Positions 27,432-37,658 of a stretch of 64,000 nt of DNA are shown piece after piece. The translations under genes and the position numbers were made by a program. Origin of the DNA: an uncultured Rhodobacteraceae bacterium (GTDB lineage: Bacteria; Pseudomonadota; Alphaproteobacteria; Rhodobacterales; Rhodobacteraceae). The notes below the pieces were generated by a model, which was given only the letters and a program-made list of their open reading frames with translations, did no database searches and was not told the origin of the DNA. The stretch covers positions 32,557 through 96,556 of the forward strand of contig CAJJBH010000007.1 of NCBI GenBank assembly GCA_905182355.1, written 5' to 3'. Position 1 is the stretch's first letter. Every line of letters begins with the position of its first letter.

Positions 27432-28247
27432 ATGACCACATTGCCAGGAATCGTTGTGACAGGGGCATCAGGCCGTATGGGCCGGATGTTGATTGATGTG
27501 ATCAACAAGAGCGATCGCGCGACGCTTGTCGGCGCGATCGAGCGCTCAGGTCATGACTGGGTTGGTCAGGATGTGGGCGTCGCGATGGGCGGAACCGCAT
27601 TAGGCGTTGTTGTAAATGACGATGCGCAGGCGACGATTTCAAAGGCGCAGGTTGTGATTGATTTCACGGCTCCCTCCGCCACCTTGGCGTTTGCAGGATT
27701 TGCGGCAGAAGTCGGCGCTGTGCATGTGATTGGGACCACAGGCATGACAGTGGACGAGATTGCGCAGTTAAAGCCTGCTTCAAGCAAAGCTATTATTGTT
27801 CGCGCGGGTAACATGAGTTTGGGTGTTAACCTGCTGACACAGCTGACAAAGAAGGTTGCGGCGGCTTTAGATGAAGATTTCGATATCGAGGTGATTGAGG
27901 CACATCACCATCACAAAGTTGACGCGCCTTCTGGCACAGCTTTGATGCTGGGAGAGGCGGCCGCAGAAGGTCGTGGAGTTGCTTTAAGTGATGCAATGGA
28001 CAGTGGACGGCATGGTATGACGGGTGCGCGTAAACGGGGTGACATTGGGTTCAGTGCGATTCGTGGCGGTGACATTGTGGGCGAACATGACGTGATGTTC
28101 GCGGCTGCTGGCGAGCGTATCGTTTTGCGCCACATGGCGACGGACCGTGCGGTGTTTGCCCGTGGTGCGCTTAAGGCCGCGTTGTGGGGACTTGGCCAGA
28201 AACCGGGCGAATACGACATGCTTGATGTGCTAGGTTTAAACGACTGA
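27432..28247 (+). CDS. dapB: 4-hydroxy-tetrahydrodipicolinate reductase
   Basis: GASGRMG, GTTG and [15 protein letters not shown]. Confidence 0.98.
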   Translation: MTTLPGIVVTGASGRMGRMLIDVINKSDRATLVGAIERSGHDWVGQDVGVAMGGTALGVVVNDDAQATISKAQVVIDFTAPSATLAFAGFAAEVGAVHVIGTTGMTVDEIAQLKPASSKAIIVRAGNMSLGVNLLTQLTKKVAAALDEDFDIEVIEAHHHHKVDAPSGTALMLGEAAAEGRGVALSDAMDSGRHGMTGARKRGDIGFSAIRGGDIVGEHDVMFAAAGERIVLRHMATDRAVFARGALKAALWGLGQKPGEYDMLDVLGLND

Positions 28248-28374
28248 AAAGATTTTAAATCGGTGAAAATTCGCTTCAGTTGTGCGGATTTCGACACCGT
28301 GTTGCCCTAAAAAGTGATCCGATTGGTGTTAGTCAGCGTAAAGTTTATAACATTTATCACTAAAGGCTCATGGA

Positions 28375-28734
28375 ATGCGCAAAGTTTCGATCATGTTGGG
28401 TTTTATTGTGGCGACGGCCGCAACATCTGCGGCATCGGCAGAGATGACAAAGGTGAACAGCCAAAAAGACTTTGTGCGTTTGGTGGCAGGTAAAAAGCTA
28501 ACACGTCCGTTTGTTAAAATCGAAGTCGCACAAGATGGTAACACAACGGGCAAAGGTGTGACTTGGGAAATCACTGGGGATTGGACTTGGAAGGACGGCT
28601 ATTTATGCCGAAACCTATTCTGGGGTGGTGACACGCTGGGATACAATTGCCAAGAAATCAAAGTTAAAGATGGTTTGGTTCGGTTCACATCTGATCGGGG
28701 TGAAGGTGATTCCGCTGAATTTAAGATGAAGTAG
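28375..28734 (+). CDS. Small exported protein of unknown function
   Basis: Signal peptide ending ASA; WTWKDGYLCR..NCQ Cys pair. Confidence 0.75.
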   Translation: MRKVSIMLGFIVATAATSAASAEMTKVNSQKDFVRLVAGKKLTRPFVKIEVAQDGNTTGKGVTWEITGDWTWKDGYLCRNLFWGGDTLGYNCQEIKVKDGLVRFTSDRGEGDSAEFKMK

Positions 28735-28751
28735 CTTCTTAAGGTGACGGA

Positions 28752-28928
28752 CTAGAAATCTACAGCGATCCCTTTTCTTTCCCAATCTCCAAACCGCACA
28801 GGTTCTGGGCCTTTTCGCCCACCCAATTCGGTTGGCAATTTCAGATCGCCATGTTCGTCACGCCGTGCCTTGGCTTCGGCCAAAGCGCGTTTTGCAGCGT
28901 CTGGTAGATCCTTTTGAATATCAGTCAT
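28752..28928 (-). CDS. DUF1674 protein (SDHAF4/Sdh8-like)
   Basis: C-terminal ELGGRKGPEPVRFGDWERKGIAVDF; AAGGA RBS before the ATG at 28928. Confidence 0.88.
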   Translation of the reverse strand: MTDIQKDLPDAAKRALAEAKARRDEHGDLKLPTELGGRKGPEPVRFGDWERKGIAVDF

Positions 28929-29032
28929 CGTTTGGGTTCCTTTGTGGTCCTGTCGTTGATATATGCCGTGCGTTGTCAGGGGCAAGCCCCAAGACTTACA
29001 GCACCAAACTGAAATGACGAAGGATCGATGCG

Positions 29033-30319
29033 ATGACAGACAAGCGCACAGACAATGGCGTCCAAGCCCGCCGCAGTGCAGTTTATGTATTGGATCTGAT
29101 CCTTGGTGAGGGCAAATTGATGTCCGAAGTTTTAGCGGCAGGGGTGTTGGACAAGTTGGACCCTGCGGACCGCGCCCGTGCCCAACGGCTTGCAACGGAG
29201 ACCTTGCGTGGTTTGGAACGGGCTGACCGCGTCTTACACAAACATCTACAAAAGAACCCACCATTGATGGTGCGCAACGTATTGCGCGTTGGTACGGTGG
29301 AGTTATGTCAGGGCGCTGCGGCCCACGGTGTTGTTAATGCGATGGTTGAACTGGTGTCGGGCCATAAAAGATATGGCAAGATGAAGGGGCTGACAAACGC
29401 TGTACTTCGCAAAGTTGCGGCAACAGGGCCAGAGGCATGGGAAGCGCTGCGCGCACCACGTATGCCGAAATGGTTGCGCAACCCTTTGGCAAATGCATGG
29501 GGCAACGAGGCGATGGGTGTGATAGAAATCGCGCATTTTGCGGGTGCTCCACTTGATCTGACCCCTCGTGATGGTGACCCTGCTGCCCTTGCGGCGCGTG
29601 TTGGCGGTAGTGTTTTACCGACGGGCTCAGTGCGCTTGGCTGATGCGGGTCAGGTGTCCACTATGGATGGCTACAGTGAAGGCGCTTGGTGGGTTCAGGA
29701 CGCGGCGGCGGCGGTTCCTGCACGTGTTTTGGCCCCAGCAAAGGGCGAAAAGGTTCTTGATCTTTGTGCCGCGCCCGGCGGTAAGACAATGCAGTTGGCG
29801 GCAATGGGCGCTGACGTGACCGCCGTAGATATCTCGCGACCCCGTTTGGCGCGGGTTGAAGAAAACTTAGCTCGTGTGGGGTTAACGGCTGATGTTCAGG
29901 TTGCTGACGCCCTGATGCTTACGGGCACATATGATGCTATTTTGTTGGACGCACCGTGTTCTGCGACAGGTACGATCCGCCGTCATCCCGATTTACCCCA
30001 TGCCAAGGATGGCTCTGAATTTGGCGAGTTGATTGACCTACAGGCTCGTATCTTGGATCACGCGTGGACCCTCCTAAAACCGGGTGGGCGTTTGGTTTTC
30101 TGCACTTGTTCGTTGTTGCCAGACGAGGGTGAAGTGCAAATCGACGAAGCCTTAGGCCGCCATGCTGATATGAGTGTGACACGTGAGGCATTAAACATCG
30201 AAGGTATCGATCCCGCATGGATTACGGATGAGGGTGGTTTGCGCCTGCGTCCCGATTATTGGCCTGAATTGGGTGGGATGGACGGCTTCTACATCGCGGC
30301 CCTTACCAAAGCGGGTTAA
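29033..30319 (+). CDS. rsmB: RsmB/NOP-family RNA m5C methyltransferase
   Basis: NusB-like N-terminus; WVQD, DLCAAPGGKT, DAPCSATG, CTCS and DGFY. Confidence 0.9.
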   Translation: MTDKRTDNGVQARRSAVYVLDLILGEGKLMSEVLAAGVLDKLDPADRARAQRLATETLRGLERADRVLHKHLQKNPPLMVRNVLRVGTVELCQGAAAHGVVNAMVELVSGHKRYGKMKGLTNAVLRKVAATGPEAWEALRAPRMPKWLRNPLANAWGNEAMGVIEIAHFAGAPLDLTPRDGDPAALAARVGGSVLPTGSVRLADAGQVSTMDGYSEGAWWVQDAAAAVPARVLAPAKGEKVLDLCAAPGGKTMQLAAMGADVTAVDISRPRLARVEENLARVGLTADVQVADALMLTGTYDAILLDAPCSATGTIRRHPDLPHAKDGSEFGELIDLQARILDHAWTLLKPGGRLVFCTCSLLPDEGEVQIDEALGRHADMSVTREALNIEGIDPAWITDEGGLRLRPDYWPELGGMDGFYIAALTKAG

Positions 30320-30401
30320 ACCAAGTAAAAATGGTGACTTGCCGTGCTGCACAGGCTATGGTGCTTCCAAACGCCCCTAGAGCGTAATAAGGCAGAGCGC
30401 T

Positions 30402-32144
30402 ATGTCCAATCCAAACGGTTTCGCCGCACGTAAGGCGCGATTTTTAAACCGCGTTCATGCGCGGCTTGCGACCCGTACGCGAGCCGCGACTGGATTTGTG
30501 TCCTCGCCTGAACCCCGCACGATTGGCAGCTTTGCAAAGGGACGCCAGTTGGTGGCGGGAAACTTTCTGTTTGCAGGGTATTTGATTGAGGCACCCCAAA
30601 CGTCTATCTGGGCGTTAAGGTCACCAGATGCTTCGTTTGAAGGCCAACGCCACGGTTTTGCGTGGATGGACGACCTGGCCGCGGTAGGCGATGTGTCGAC
30701 ACGCGAGACGGCACAGGGCTGGCTTTGGGAGTGGATTGATCGGTTTGGTCGCGGAGCCGGTGCGGGGTGGACGCCTGACTTGACGGGTCGCAGACTTATT
30801 CGTTGGATCAACCATGCGCTGTTTGTGCTGCGGGGGCAAGAAAGCGAACAGTCCGAGGCCTTCTATCACTCGCTTGCCCAACAAACGACGTTTCTGTCCA
30901 AACGCTGGCACAGTGCAAGCCCAGGTTTGCCGCGTTTTGAGGCGCTAACAGGGCTTATTTATGCAGGTCTTTCGCTTGAGGGCATGGAAGACTTGGCCAA
31001 GCCTGCGATCAAGGCGTTGGCAAAAGAATGTGCCATTCAAGTGGATCGTGAGGGTGGCTTACCAACCCGAAATCCAGAAGAACTATTAGCGGTCTTTACG
31101 CTTCTTACATGGGCTGCTGCTGCTCTTAGCGAGGCAGGATTAGAGACGCCGGCAGCACATTTGGAGGCTATTGAGCGTATCGCCCCAACCTTGAGGACCT
31201 TGCGCCATTCCGATGGCGGATTGGCCCGTTTTCACGGTGGTGGTCGTGGCCAAGAAGGGTGGTTGGATCATGCTCTGGCGTCTGCCGGTATCAAGACCAG
31301 CCAGCCTGAGGGATTGTCGATGGGGTTCGCCCGATTGTCTGCTGGGCGCACCAGCGTGATTGTCGATGCGTTTGTACCACCCAAAGGCGATGCTTCGCGT
31401 AGTGGTCATGCATCGACCTTAGCTTTTGAGCTGACATCGGGGCGTCGACCCTTGATTGTAAGTTGTGGGTCCGGTGCATCATTCGGTGCGGAATGGCGTC
31501 GCGCTGGGCGTGCAACACCTTCACATTCCGCAGTTGTGTTGGATGGGTATTCCAGCGCCCGTCTTGGGAATGCAGATCGTGCCAGCAGTTTGGAAACCCT
31601 GATCGATGCGCCTAAACACGTTCCTATCGAAATAAGTCGCGCCCCTGATGGCCTGCGGTTCCAAGGTGGGCATGACGGGTTTGAAAAAATCCATGGATTA
31701 ACACACGCCCGCACGCTTGAACTGACTTTTGATGGCCGTGGTCTTGCAGGTGAAGATATGTTGCTGGCGATGGAAGAGGCGCAGAAACGTCGGTTTGACC
31801 GTTCAATGGATGAAGTCCAGCTTTCTGGCATCCCATTTGATGTTCGCTTTCATTTACATCCTGAGGTCGATGCCACCCTTCATTTGGGTGGTGCAGCAAT
31901 TTCGGTGGCCCTTAAAAGCGGTGAAATTTGGGTTTTTCGCCATGATGGGAAATTTAATTTGTCCCTAGAGCCAAGTGTTTACTTGGAAACAGGGCGATTA
32001 AAGCCCCGTGCGGCACAACAGATTGTTCTATCTGGGCGCGCAGTAGAGTATGCCACGCGCATTCGGTGGTCTTTGTCCAAGGCGCAGGAGACTGCGATCG
32101 GGGTCAGGGACTTGAACCGAGATGAGCTTGACCTAACTAAATGA
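30402..32144 (+). CDS. Heparinase II/III-like family protein
   Basis: [23 protein letters not shown] and RATPSHS; position between rsmB and purH. Confidence 0.8.
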   Translation: MSNPNGFAARKARFLNRVHARLATRTRAATGFVSSPEPRTIGSFAKGRQLVAGNFLFAGYLIEAPQTSIWALRSPDASFEGQRHGFAWMDDLAAVGDVSTRETAQGWLWEWIDRFGRGAGAGWTPDLTGRRLIRWINHALFVLRGQESEQSEAFYHSLAQQTTFLSKRWHSASPGLPRFEALTGLIYAGLSLEGMEDLAKPAIKALAKECAIQVDREGGLPTRNPEELLAVFTLLTWAAAALSEAGLETPAAHLEAIERIAPTLRTLRHSDGGLARFHGGGRGQEGWLDHALASAGIKTSQPEGLSMGFARLSAGRTSVIVDAFVPPKGDASRSGHASTLAFELTSGRRPLIVSCGSGASFGAEWRRAGRATPSHSAVVLDGYSSARLGNADRASSLETLIDAPKHVPIEISRAPDGLRFQGGHDGFEKIHGLTHARTLELTFDGRGLAGEDMLLAMEEAQKRRFDRSMDEVQLSGIPFDVRFHLHPEVDATLHLGGAAISVALKSGEIWVFRHDGKFNLSLEPSVYLETGRLKPRAAQQIVLSGRAVEYATRIRWSLSKAQETAIGVRDLNRDELDLTK

Positions 32145-32164
32145 TCCTAAAGGACCTATCCCAA

Positions 32165-33751
32165 ATGACCGACCTGTACTCTGTTCGCCGCGCTTTGCTT
32201 TCTGTTTCTGATAAGACTGGATTGGTTGCTTTTGGCACGGCTTTGGCCGCGCGTGGCGTTGAACTACTTAGCACAGGCGGAACTGCAAAAACGCTGCGTG
32301 ATGCGGGTTTGACGGTTAAGGATGTGTCAGAAGTGACGGGTTTTCCAGAGATGATGGATGGTCGTGTGAAGACCCTGCATCCGGTTGTGCATGGTGGCTT
32401 ATTGGCCCTGCGCGATAATGACGATCATGTCGAGGCGATGAACACGCATGATATTGGGGCAATCGATTTGGTTGTTGTGAACCTGTATCCGTTTGAGAAA
32501 GCCTTGAAACGTGGTGCTGAATACGCAGAGATGATCGAGAATATCGACATTGGTGGCCCAGCGATGATCCGTTCTGGCGCGAAAAACCACGGCTTTGTGA
32601 ATGTAATTGTGGATGTTGAGGATTACGATGTGGTCCTCGCTGAACTTGAGGCAAACGATGGGCAAACGTCATATGCGTTGCGTCAACGTTTGGCGCAGAC
32701 AGCTTATGCGCGCACTGCCGCTTACGACACTGCTGTTAGCACATGGATGGCAGAGCAAATTGGCGAAACACCACGCCGTCGCACCGTCGGTGGCACATTG
32801 GCTCAGACCTTGCGTTATGGCGAAAACCCGCATCAGTCCGCTGCGTTTTACACAGATGGCACATCACGCGTTGGTGTGGCGACGGCACAGCAGCATCAAG
32901 GTAAAGAACTGTCTTATAACAACATCAATGACACCGACGCCGCGTTTGAACTGGTCAGCGAATTTGATCCAGCGAACGGTCCAGCCGTTGCGATCATCAA
33001 ACACGCCAATCCCTGTGGCGTTGCAACTGGCGCGACACTGGCCGAAGCGTATAGCCGCGCGTTTGATTGCGATCGCACCAGCGCTTTTGGTGGGATCATC
33101 GCGCTGAACCAGCCATTGGATGGTCCAACCGCTGAAGAGATCAGTGCTATTTTTACCGAAGTTGTTATCGCGCCCGGTGCAGACGATGCAGCCCGCGCGG
33201 TGTTTGCCAAGAAAAAGAACCTGCGTTTGTTGACCACGGATGGATTGGCCGATGCCAAAGCTGCGGGGCAGACGATCCGTCAGGTTGCAGGTGGCTATTT
33301 GTTCCAAGACAAGGACAATGGATTTATCACGCTGGATGATTTGAAAGTTGTGACCAAGCGTGCGCCTACGGAACAAGAATTGTCAGATTTGATGTTTGCG
33401 TGGACCGTTGCAAAGCACGTGAAGTCCAACGCGATCATATACGTTAAAGATGGCGCAACCGTCGGCGTTGGCGCTGGGCAAATGAGCCGCGTTGACAGCA
33501 CGCGCATCGCGGCCCGCAAAGCCATAGACATGGCTGAGGCGATGGGCTTGCCAGCACCTTTGACCAAAGGATCGGTTGTGGCATCCGATGCGTTCTTCCC
33601 CTTCGCGGATGGCTTAATCACAGCAGCCGAAGCGGGAGCCACGGCCCTAATCCAACCAGGTGGGTCGATGCGTGACGATGACGTTATTGCAGCCGCTGAT
33701 GAAGCAGGATTGGCGATGGTGTTCACCGGCATACGCCACTTCCGTCACTAA
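32165..33751 (+). CDS. purH: Bifunctional AICAR transformylase/IMP cyclohydrolase
   Basis: [34 protein letters not shown] and RHFRH. Confidence 0.99.
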   Translation: MTDLYSVRRALLSVSDKTGLVAFGTALAARGVELLSTGGTAKTLRDAGLTVKDVSEVTGFPEMMDGRVKTLHPVVHGGLLALRDNDDHVEAMNTHDIGAIDLVVVNLYPFEKALKRGAEYAEMIENIDIGGPAMIRSGAKNHGFVNVIVDVEDYDVVLAELEANDGQTSYALRQRLAQTAYARTAAYDTAVSTWMAEQIGETPRRRTVGGTLAQTLRYGENPHQSAAFYTDGTSRVGVATAQQHQGKELSYNNINDTDAAFELVSEFDPANGPAVAIIKHANPCGVATGATLAEAYSRAFDCDRTSAFGGIIALNQPLDGPTAEEISAIFTEVVIAPGADDAARAVFAKKKNLRLLTTDGLADAKAAGQTIRQVAGGYLFQDKDNGFITLDDLKVVTKRAPTEQELSDLMFAWTVAKHVKSNAIIYVKDGATVGVGAGQMSRVDSTRIAARKAIDMAEAMGLPAPLTKGSVVASDAFFPFADGLITAAEAGATALIQPGGSMRDDDVIAAADEAGLAMVFTGIRHFRH

Positions 33752-33761
33752 GGATCAATAG

Positions 33762-34244
33762 ATGCGTTTGATGTTTTTTGCTGGGTTGTTTGCATTTTTG
33801 GCCGATCAGGTCAGCAAATATGTGGTCATTCATATGATGGGTATTTCGCCTAACAACAGTGCAGATGTCCTGCCGCCAGTTTTGAATCTGCGGTACGGCG
33901 AAAACCGCGGTGTGAATTTTGGTTTGTTTGGCAGTGATTCTGAAACGACGCGCTGGACCTTGATTATTGTAGCACTGATCATTTGTATCGCGGTAACAGT
34001 TTGGGTTGTGCGTAATGCGCAGCCAAGGATCGTCCGTATTGCCGCAGGTTTTCTGATTGGTGGGGCTTTGGGCAACGTATTTGACCGTGTATATTACAGT
34101 TACGTATTGGATTTCCTAAACACATCTTGCTGTGGATGGAACAACCCGACGGTCTATAATGTTGCCGATGTTTTCATCTTTGCGGGTGCTTTGGGGCTGG
34201 TCTTCTTTGCCAAAGATAATAGGCCAACCAAAAAGGGTGCGTGA
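33762..34244 (+). CDS. lspA: Lipoprotein signal peptidase II
   Basis: DQVSK, NRGVNFG, GGALGNVFDR, VLDF and YNVAD. Confidence 0.95.
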   Translation: MRLMFFAGLFAFLADQVSKYVVIHMMGISPNNSADVLPPVLNLRYGENRGVNFGLFGSDSETTRWTLIIVALIICIAVTVWVVRNAQPRIVRIAAGFLIGGALGNVFDRVYYSYVLDFLNTSCCGWNNPTVYNVADVFIFAGALGLVFFAKDNRPTKKGA

Positions 34245-34321
34245 CATCATGGGTCACCCTGCGATATTGATGCCAACAACGAGCCAAGGTTTGGCCAATG
34301 ATTGAGTGTGGGAGAAGCCAG

Positions 34322-34831
34322 ATGCGCCTATTGCGCCCCTTTGTGATGACGTTGTTGATGGTGTCTTTGACGGCTTGTGCGAACACTGGCTTGCGCAATA
34401 TCCGCTCAACTGGTGATGGTCCTGATGATTTTCTGGTGAACCCAAACAAACAGTTGGAAGCGCCTGAAAACTACAAGGCGTTGCCAAATCCGACGCCTGG
34501 CCAAGTCAACCGCGTTGACCCGACACCCGTTGCTGACGGGACTGCAGCCCTTGGTGGGCGCCTTGGTGATCCGAATGGCGCTGTGCCGTCAAGTGATGGC
34601 GCGGTTGTGCAACATGCCAGCCGTTTCGGTGTCATCAAAAACGTTCGGAGTGTGCTTTCAACCGAGGACGCAGCGTTCCGTAAACGCAAAGCGCGGTTTA
34701 CCCAAATCCGTCTTGCACCGATCGATCGCTATAATCAGGCATATAAACGCAGTGCGCTTGATCCTGATGTAGTGGCCCGTCAATATCGCCGTCGCGGGAT
34801 TGCGACGCCGTCGGCTCCTCCACGTAACTGA
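34322..34831 (+). CDS. DUF3035 lipoprotein
   Basis: Lipobox LTAC; GPDDF..LEAP..LPNPTPG. Confidence 0.82.
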   Translation: MRLLRPFVMTLLMVSLTACANTGLRNIRSTGDGPDDFLVNPNKQLEAPENYKALPNPTPGQVNRVDPTPVADGTAALGGRLGDPNGAVPSSDGAVVQHASRFGVIKNVRSVLSTEDAAFRKRKARFTQIRLAPIDRYNQAYKRSALDPDVVARQYRRRGIATPSAPPRN

Positions 34832-34923
34832 CGCCCAATTCTCACGTTTCTGCCATCGCGCTTGAATGCGCAGCAATGTGGCGTATGTCTTGGGTAACGT
34901 ATGACCCAATCAAAGGATCGCTT

Positions 34924-36264
34924 ATGACCCGAATGCGTGCCGTTTTGGCCTCGCTTATGCTGTTGTCCCCTGTCTTTGCGGCGGCGGCTGATGATCCTGT
35001 TACGACCTTTGTCTTGGACAATGGTATGCAAGTTGTTGTGGTAGAAGATCACCGTGCGCCTGTTGTGCAGCACATGCTTTGGTATCGCGCTGGGTCTGCA
35101 GATGAACCCAAAGGCGCATCTGGCGTTGCGCATTTTCTTGAACATTTATTGTTTAAAGCCACCGACACGTTAGAGGCGGGCGAATTTTCAGCAGTTGTAG
35201 CAGCAAACGGCGGCAACGATAACGCCTTCACCAGCTATGATTACACGGCTTATTACCAACGCATCGCTGCAGAACGGCTTGAGTTGATGATGGGCATGGA
35301 AAGTGATCGGATGCGCAATATCCGTCTGACCCTTGCAAATATCGGAACAGAACGTGACGTGATTATTGAGGAACGCAACCAGCGTACCGAAAACAGTGCG
35401 AGCGCGTTGTTCTCAGAGCAGATGCGAGCTGTCCAATACCACAACCACCGCTATGGTGTCCCCGTGATCGGTTGGATGCACGAGATGGAAACCTTGGACA
35501 TCGAAGATGCGCTCTCGTTTTATGAGATCTATTATTCTCCCAATAACGCGATCCTAGTTGTGTCAGGTGATGTGACACCTGAAGGCGTTAAAGAACTAGC
35601 CGAAAAATATTACGGTGTGATTCCTGCTAATCCGAATTTGCCTGAACGCTTACGCACAGAGGAACCTCCTCAAACAGCTGAACGCCGTGTCATCTTTCGC
35701 GATGCACGGGTGGCCCAACCTTATGTAAGTCGTTCCTACCTTGCGCAGGAGCGTGACAGCGGAAGCCAAGAAGACGCAGCCGCTTTGACACTATTGGCCG
35801 AAATATTAGGTGGCGGCACAACGTCTTATCTGACCGAAAAGTTGCAATTTGACACGCAAGTCGCGGTCTATTCATCCGTCTATTATCGGGGCACATCTTT
35901 GGATGACACGACATTCAATATGATCGTTGTGCCTGCGCCTGGTGTGACCTTGCAAGATGCCGAGGATGCGATGGACGCAGCGGTTGCTAGTTTTATGACG
36001 GATGGCGTGGACGCTGATCAACTGGCACGTCTAAAGAAACAGCTGCGCGCCCAACAGATTTATGCACGTGACAACGTGGACGGCATTGCACAACGATATG
36101 GATCTGCCTTGACCACGGGCCTTACAGTTGCTGACGTGCAAGCATGGCCTGACATTCTGCAGGCGGTTACGGCGGAAGATATTTTGGCTGCGGCGAAAAA
36201 CGTGATCACCCCTGAAACGTCGGTGACCGGATGGCTGGTGAAGGAAGAGGAGCAGACCCAATGA
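34924..36264 (+). CDS. M16 zinc peptidase, catalytic subunit
   Basis: Signal peptide; HFLEH (HxxEH), NAFTSYDYT and EER. Confidence 0.93.
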   Translation: MTRMRAVLASLMLLSPVFAAAADDPVTTFVLDNGMQVVVVEDHRAPVVQHMLWYRAGSADEPKGASGVAHFLEHLLFKATDTLEAGEFSAVVAANGGNDNAFTSYDYTAYYQRIAAERLELMMGMESDRMRNIRLTLANIGTERDVIIEERNQRTENSASALFSEQMRAVQYHNHRYGVPVIGWMHEMETLDIEDALSFYEIYYSPNNAILVVSGDVTPEGVKELAEKYYGVIPANPNLPERLRTEEPPQTAERRVIFRDARVAQPYVSRSYLAQERDSGSQEDAAALTLLAEILGGGTTSYLTEKLQFDTQVAVYSSVYYRGTSLDDTTFNMIVVPAPGVTLQDAEDAMDAAVASFMTDGVDADQLARLKKQLRAQQIYARDNVDGIAQRYGSALTTGLTVADVQAWPDILQAVTAEDILAAAKNVITPETSVTGWLVKEEEQTQ

Positions 36265-37580
36265 GATTTTTTACCGTCCTATTCGCCGCTTTGATTGCGG
36301 CACTGCCGGCGCAAGCCGAAGTGAAAATTCAAGAAGTTGTCTCTCCCGGTGGAATTACTGCGTGGTTGGTCGAAGAGCCATCAATTCCGTTTATGGCGCT
36401 TGAACTGCGCTTTCGTGGTGGCGGTTCATTGGATCGAACGGGAAAACGTGGTGCCTTGAATCTGATGACTGGGTTGTTAGAGGAAGGTGCAGGTGAGTTG
36501 GATTCAAGGGGGTTCGCACGCGCGCTCGAGGATCTGGCCGCAAGTTTTGGCTATGATCTTGGGGATGACGCTCTTTCGATTTCTGCGAAATTTTTAACCG
36601 AAAACAGAGATGAAGCTGTTGCTTTGCTGCGGTCTTCAATCATCGATCCTAGCTTTAGTGCATCCGACATCGAACGGGTGCGCGGGCAGGTAATGACCGG
36701 CCTTCGATCTGACACTACTGACCCTGATGATATTGCCGGTAAGGCGTTCAATGCGATGGCTTTTGGGGGTCACCCCTATGCCACGTCGCTTTCTGGAACG
36801 ATGGACAGTGTGGCGGCTTTAACCCGGGCTGATTTGGTCGTGGCACACGGTGACATATTTGCGAAGGATCGTCTGTACGTCGGTGCCGTTGGTGATATCA
36901 CACCGACCGAACTAGGCGTGCTTTTGGATCAATTGCTAGGTGAATTGCCTGAAACGGGCGGACCACAGCCCAAAGACGCCGAAGTTATGATTGAAGGCGG
37001 TGTTACAGTCATTGAATTTGAAACGCCGCAATCAGTTGCTTTGTTCGGGCACAAAGGGATCGGCTTGGATGACCCTGATTATTTTCCAGCGAATGTATTG
37101 AACCAAGTTTTGGGTGGTGGTTCGTTTGAAAGCCGTTTGATGAACGAGGTACGCGAAAAACGTGGCCTGACGTATGGTGTCAGTTCATTCCTTTTGCCGC
37201 GTGATCATGCGGCTACCTATCAAGGACATGTGGCTTCGGCCAATGACCGGATTGGCGAAGCGATCGCGGTCATTCGTGACGAGTGGGAAAAAGCATCAGA
37301 TCAAGGTGTAACACCTGACGAGTTACGAGACGCTAAAACTTATATCACAGGTGCTTACCCGCTGCGCTTTGATGGCAATGGGCCGATTGCGCGGATCATG
37401 GTAGGTATGCAGATGATCGGTCTGCCAATCGATTACATTGCGACGCGCAATGACAAGGTTGATGCGGTCACATTGGATGATGTGAAACGTGTCGCGGGTG
37501 AATTACTCGACGCGGACGGGTTGCACTTTGTGGTCGTTGGTAAACCTGAAGGTTTGACCACGGGTCCGTTGCCCGAATAA
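36261..37580 (+). CDS. M16 peptidase, non-catalytic partner subunit
   Basis: Signal peptide; no HxxEH; LGGGSFESRL..VREKRGLTY. Confidence 0.9.
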   Translation: MRFFTVLFAALIAALPAQAEVKIQEVVSPGGITAWLVEEPSIPFMALELRFRGGGSLDRTGKRGALNLMTGLLEEGAGELDSRGFARALEDLAASFGYDLGDDALSISAKFLTENRDEAVALLRSSIIDPSFSASDIERVRGQVMTGLRSDTTDPDDIAGKAFNAMAFGGHPYATSLSGTMDSVAALTRADLVVAHGDIFAKDRLYVGAVGDITPTELGVLLDQLLGELPETGGPQPKDAEVMIEGGVTVIEFETPQSVALFGHKGIGLDDPDYFPANVLNQVLGGGSFESRLMNEVREKRGLTYGVSSFLLPRDHAATYQGHVASANDRIGEAIAVIRDEWEKASDQGVTPDELRDAKTYITGAYPLRFDGNGPIARIMVGMQMIGLPIDYIATRNDKVDAVTLDDVKRVAGELLDADGLHFVVVGKPEGLTTGPLPE

Positions 37581-37612
37581 GAAGAGTGCCCGCTTTAATG
37601 CGGGCGCTCTTC
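37581..37612. terminator. Probable bidirectional terminator
   Basis: GAAGAGTGCCCGC/GCGGGCGCTCTTC stem between convergent genes. Confidence 0.7.
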
Positions 37613-37658
37613 TTCATGAGTGGCCTGACATTCCTAAGAATCTCTAGAACAATGAAGT

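Noticed and set aside
27341-27508. Extended RbfA start, and similarly extended DUF1674 (to 29264) and RpsO (to 23589)
   Set aside because: Extensions overlap neighbouring genes or leaders; family similarity begins at the downstream ATG
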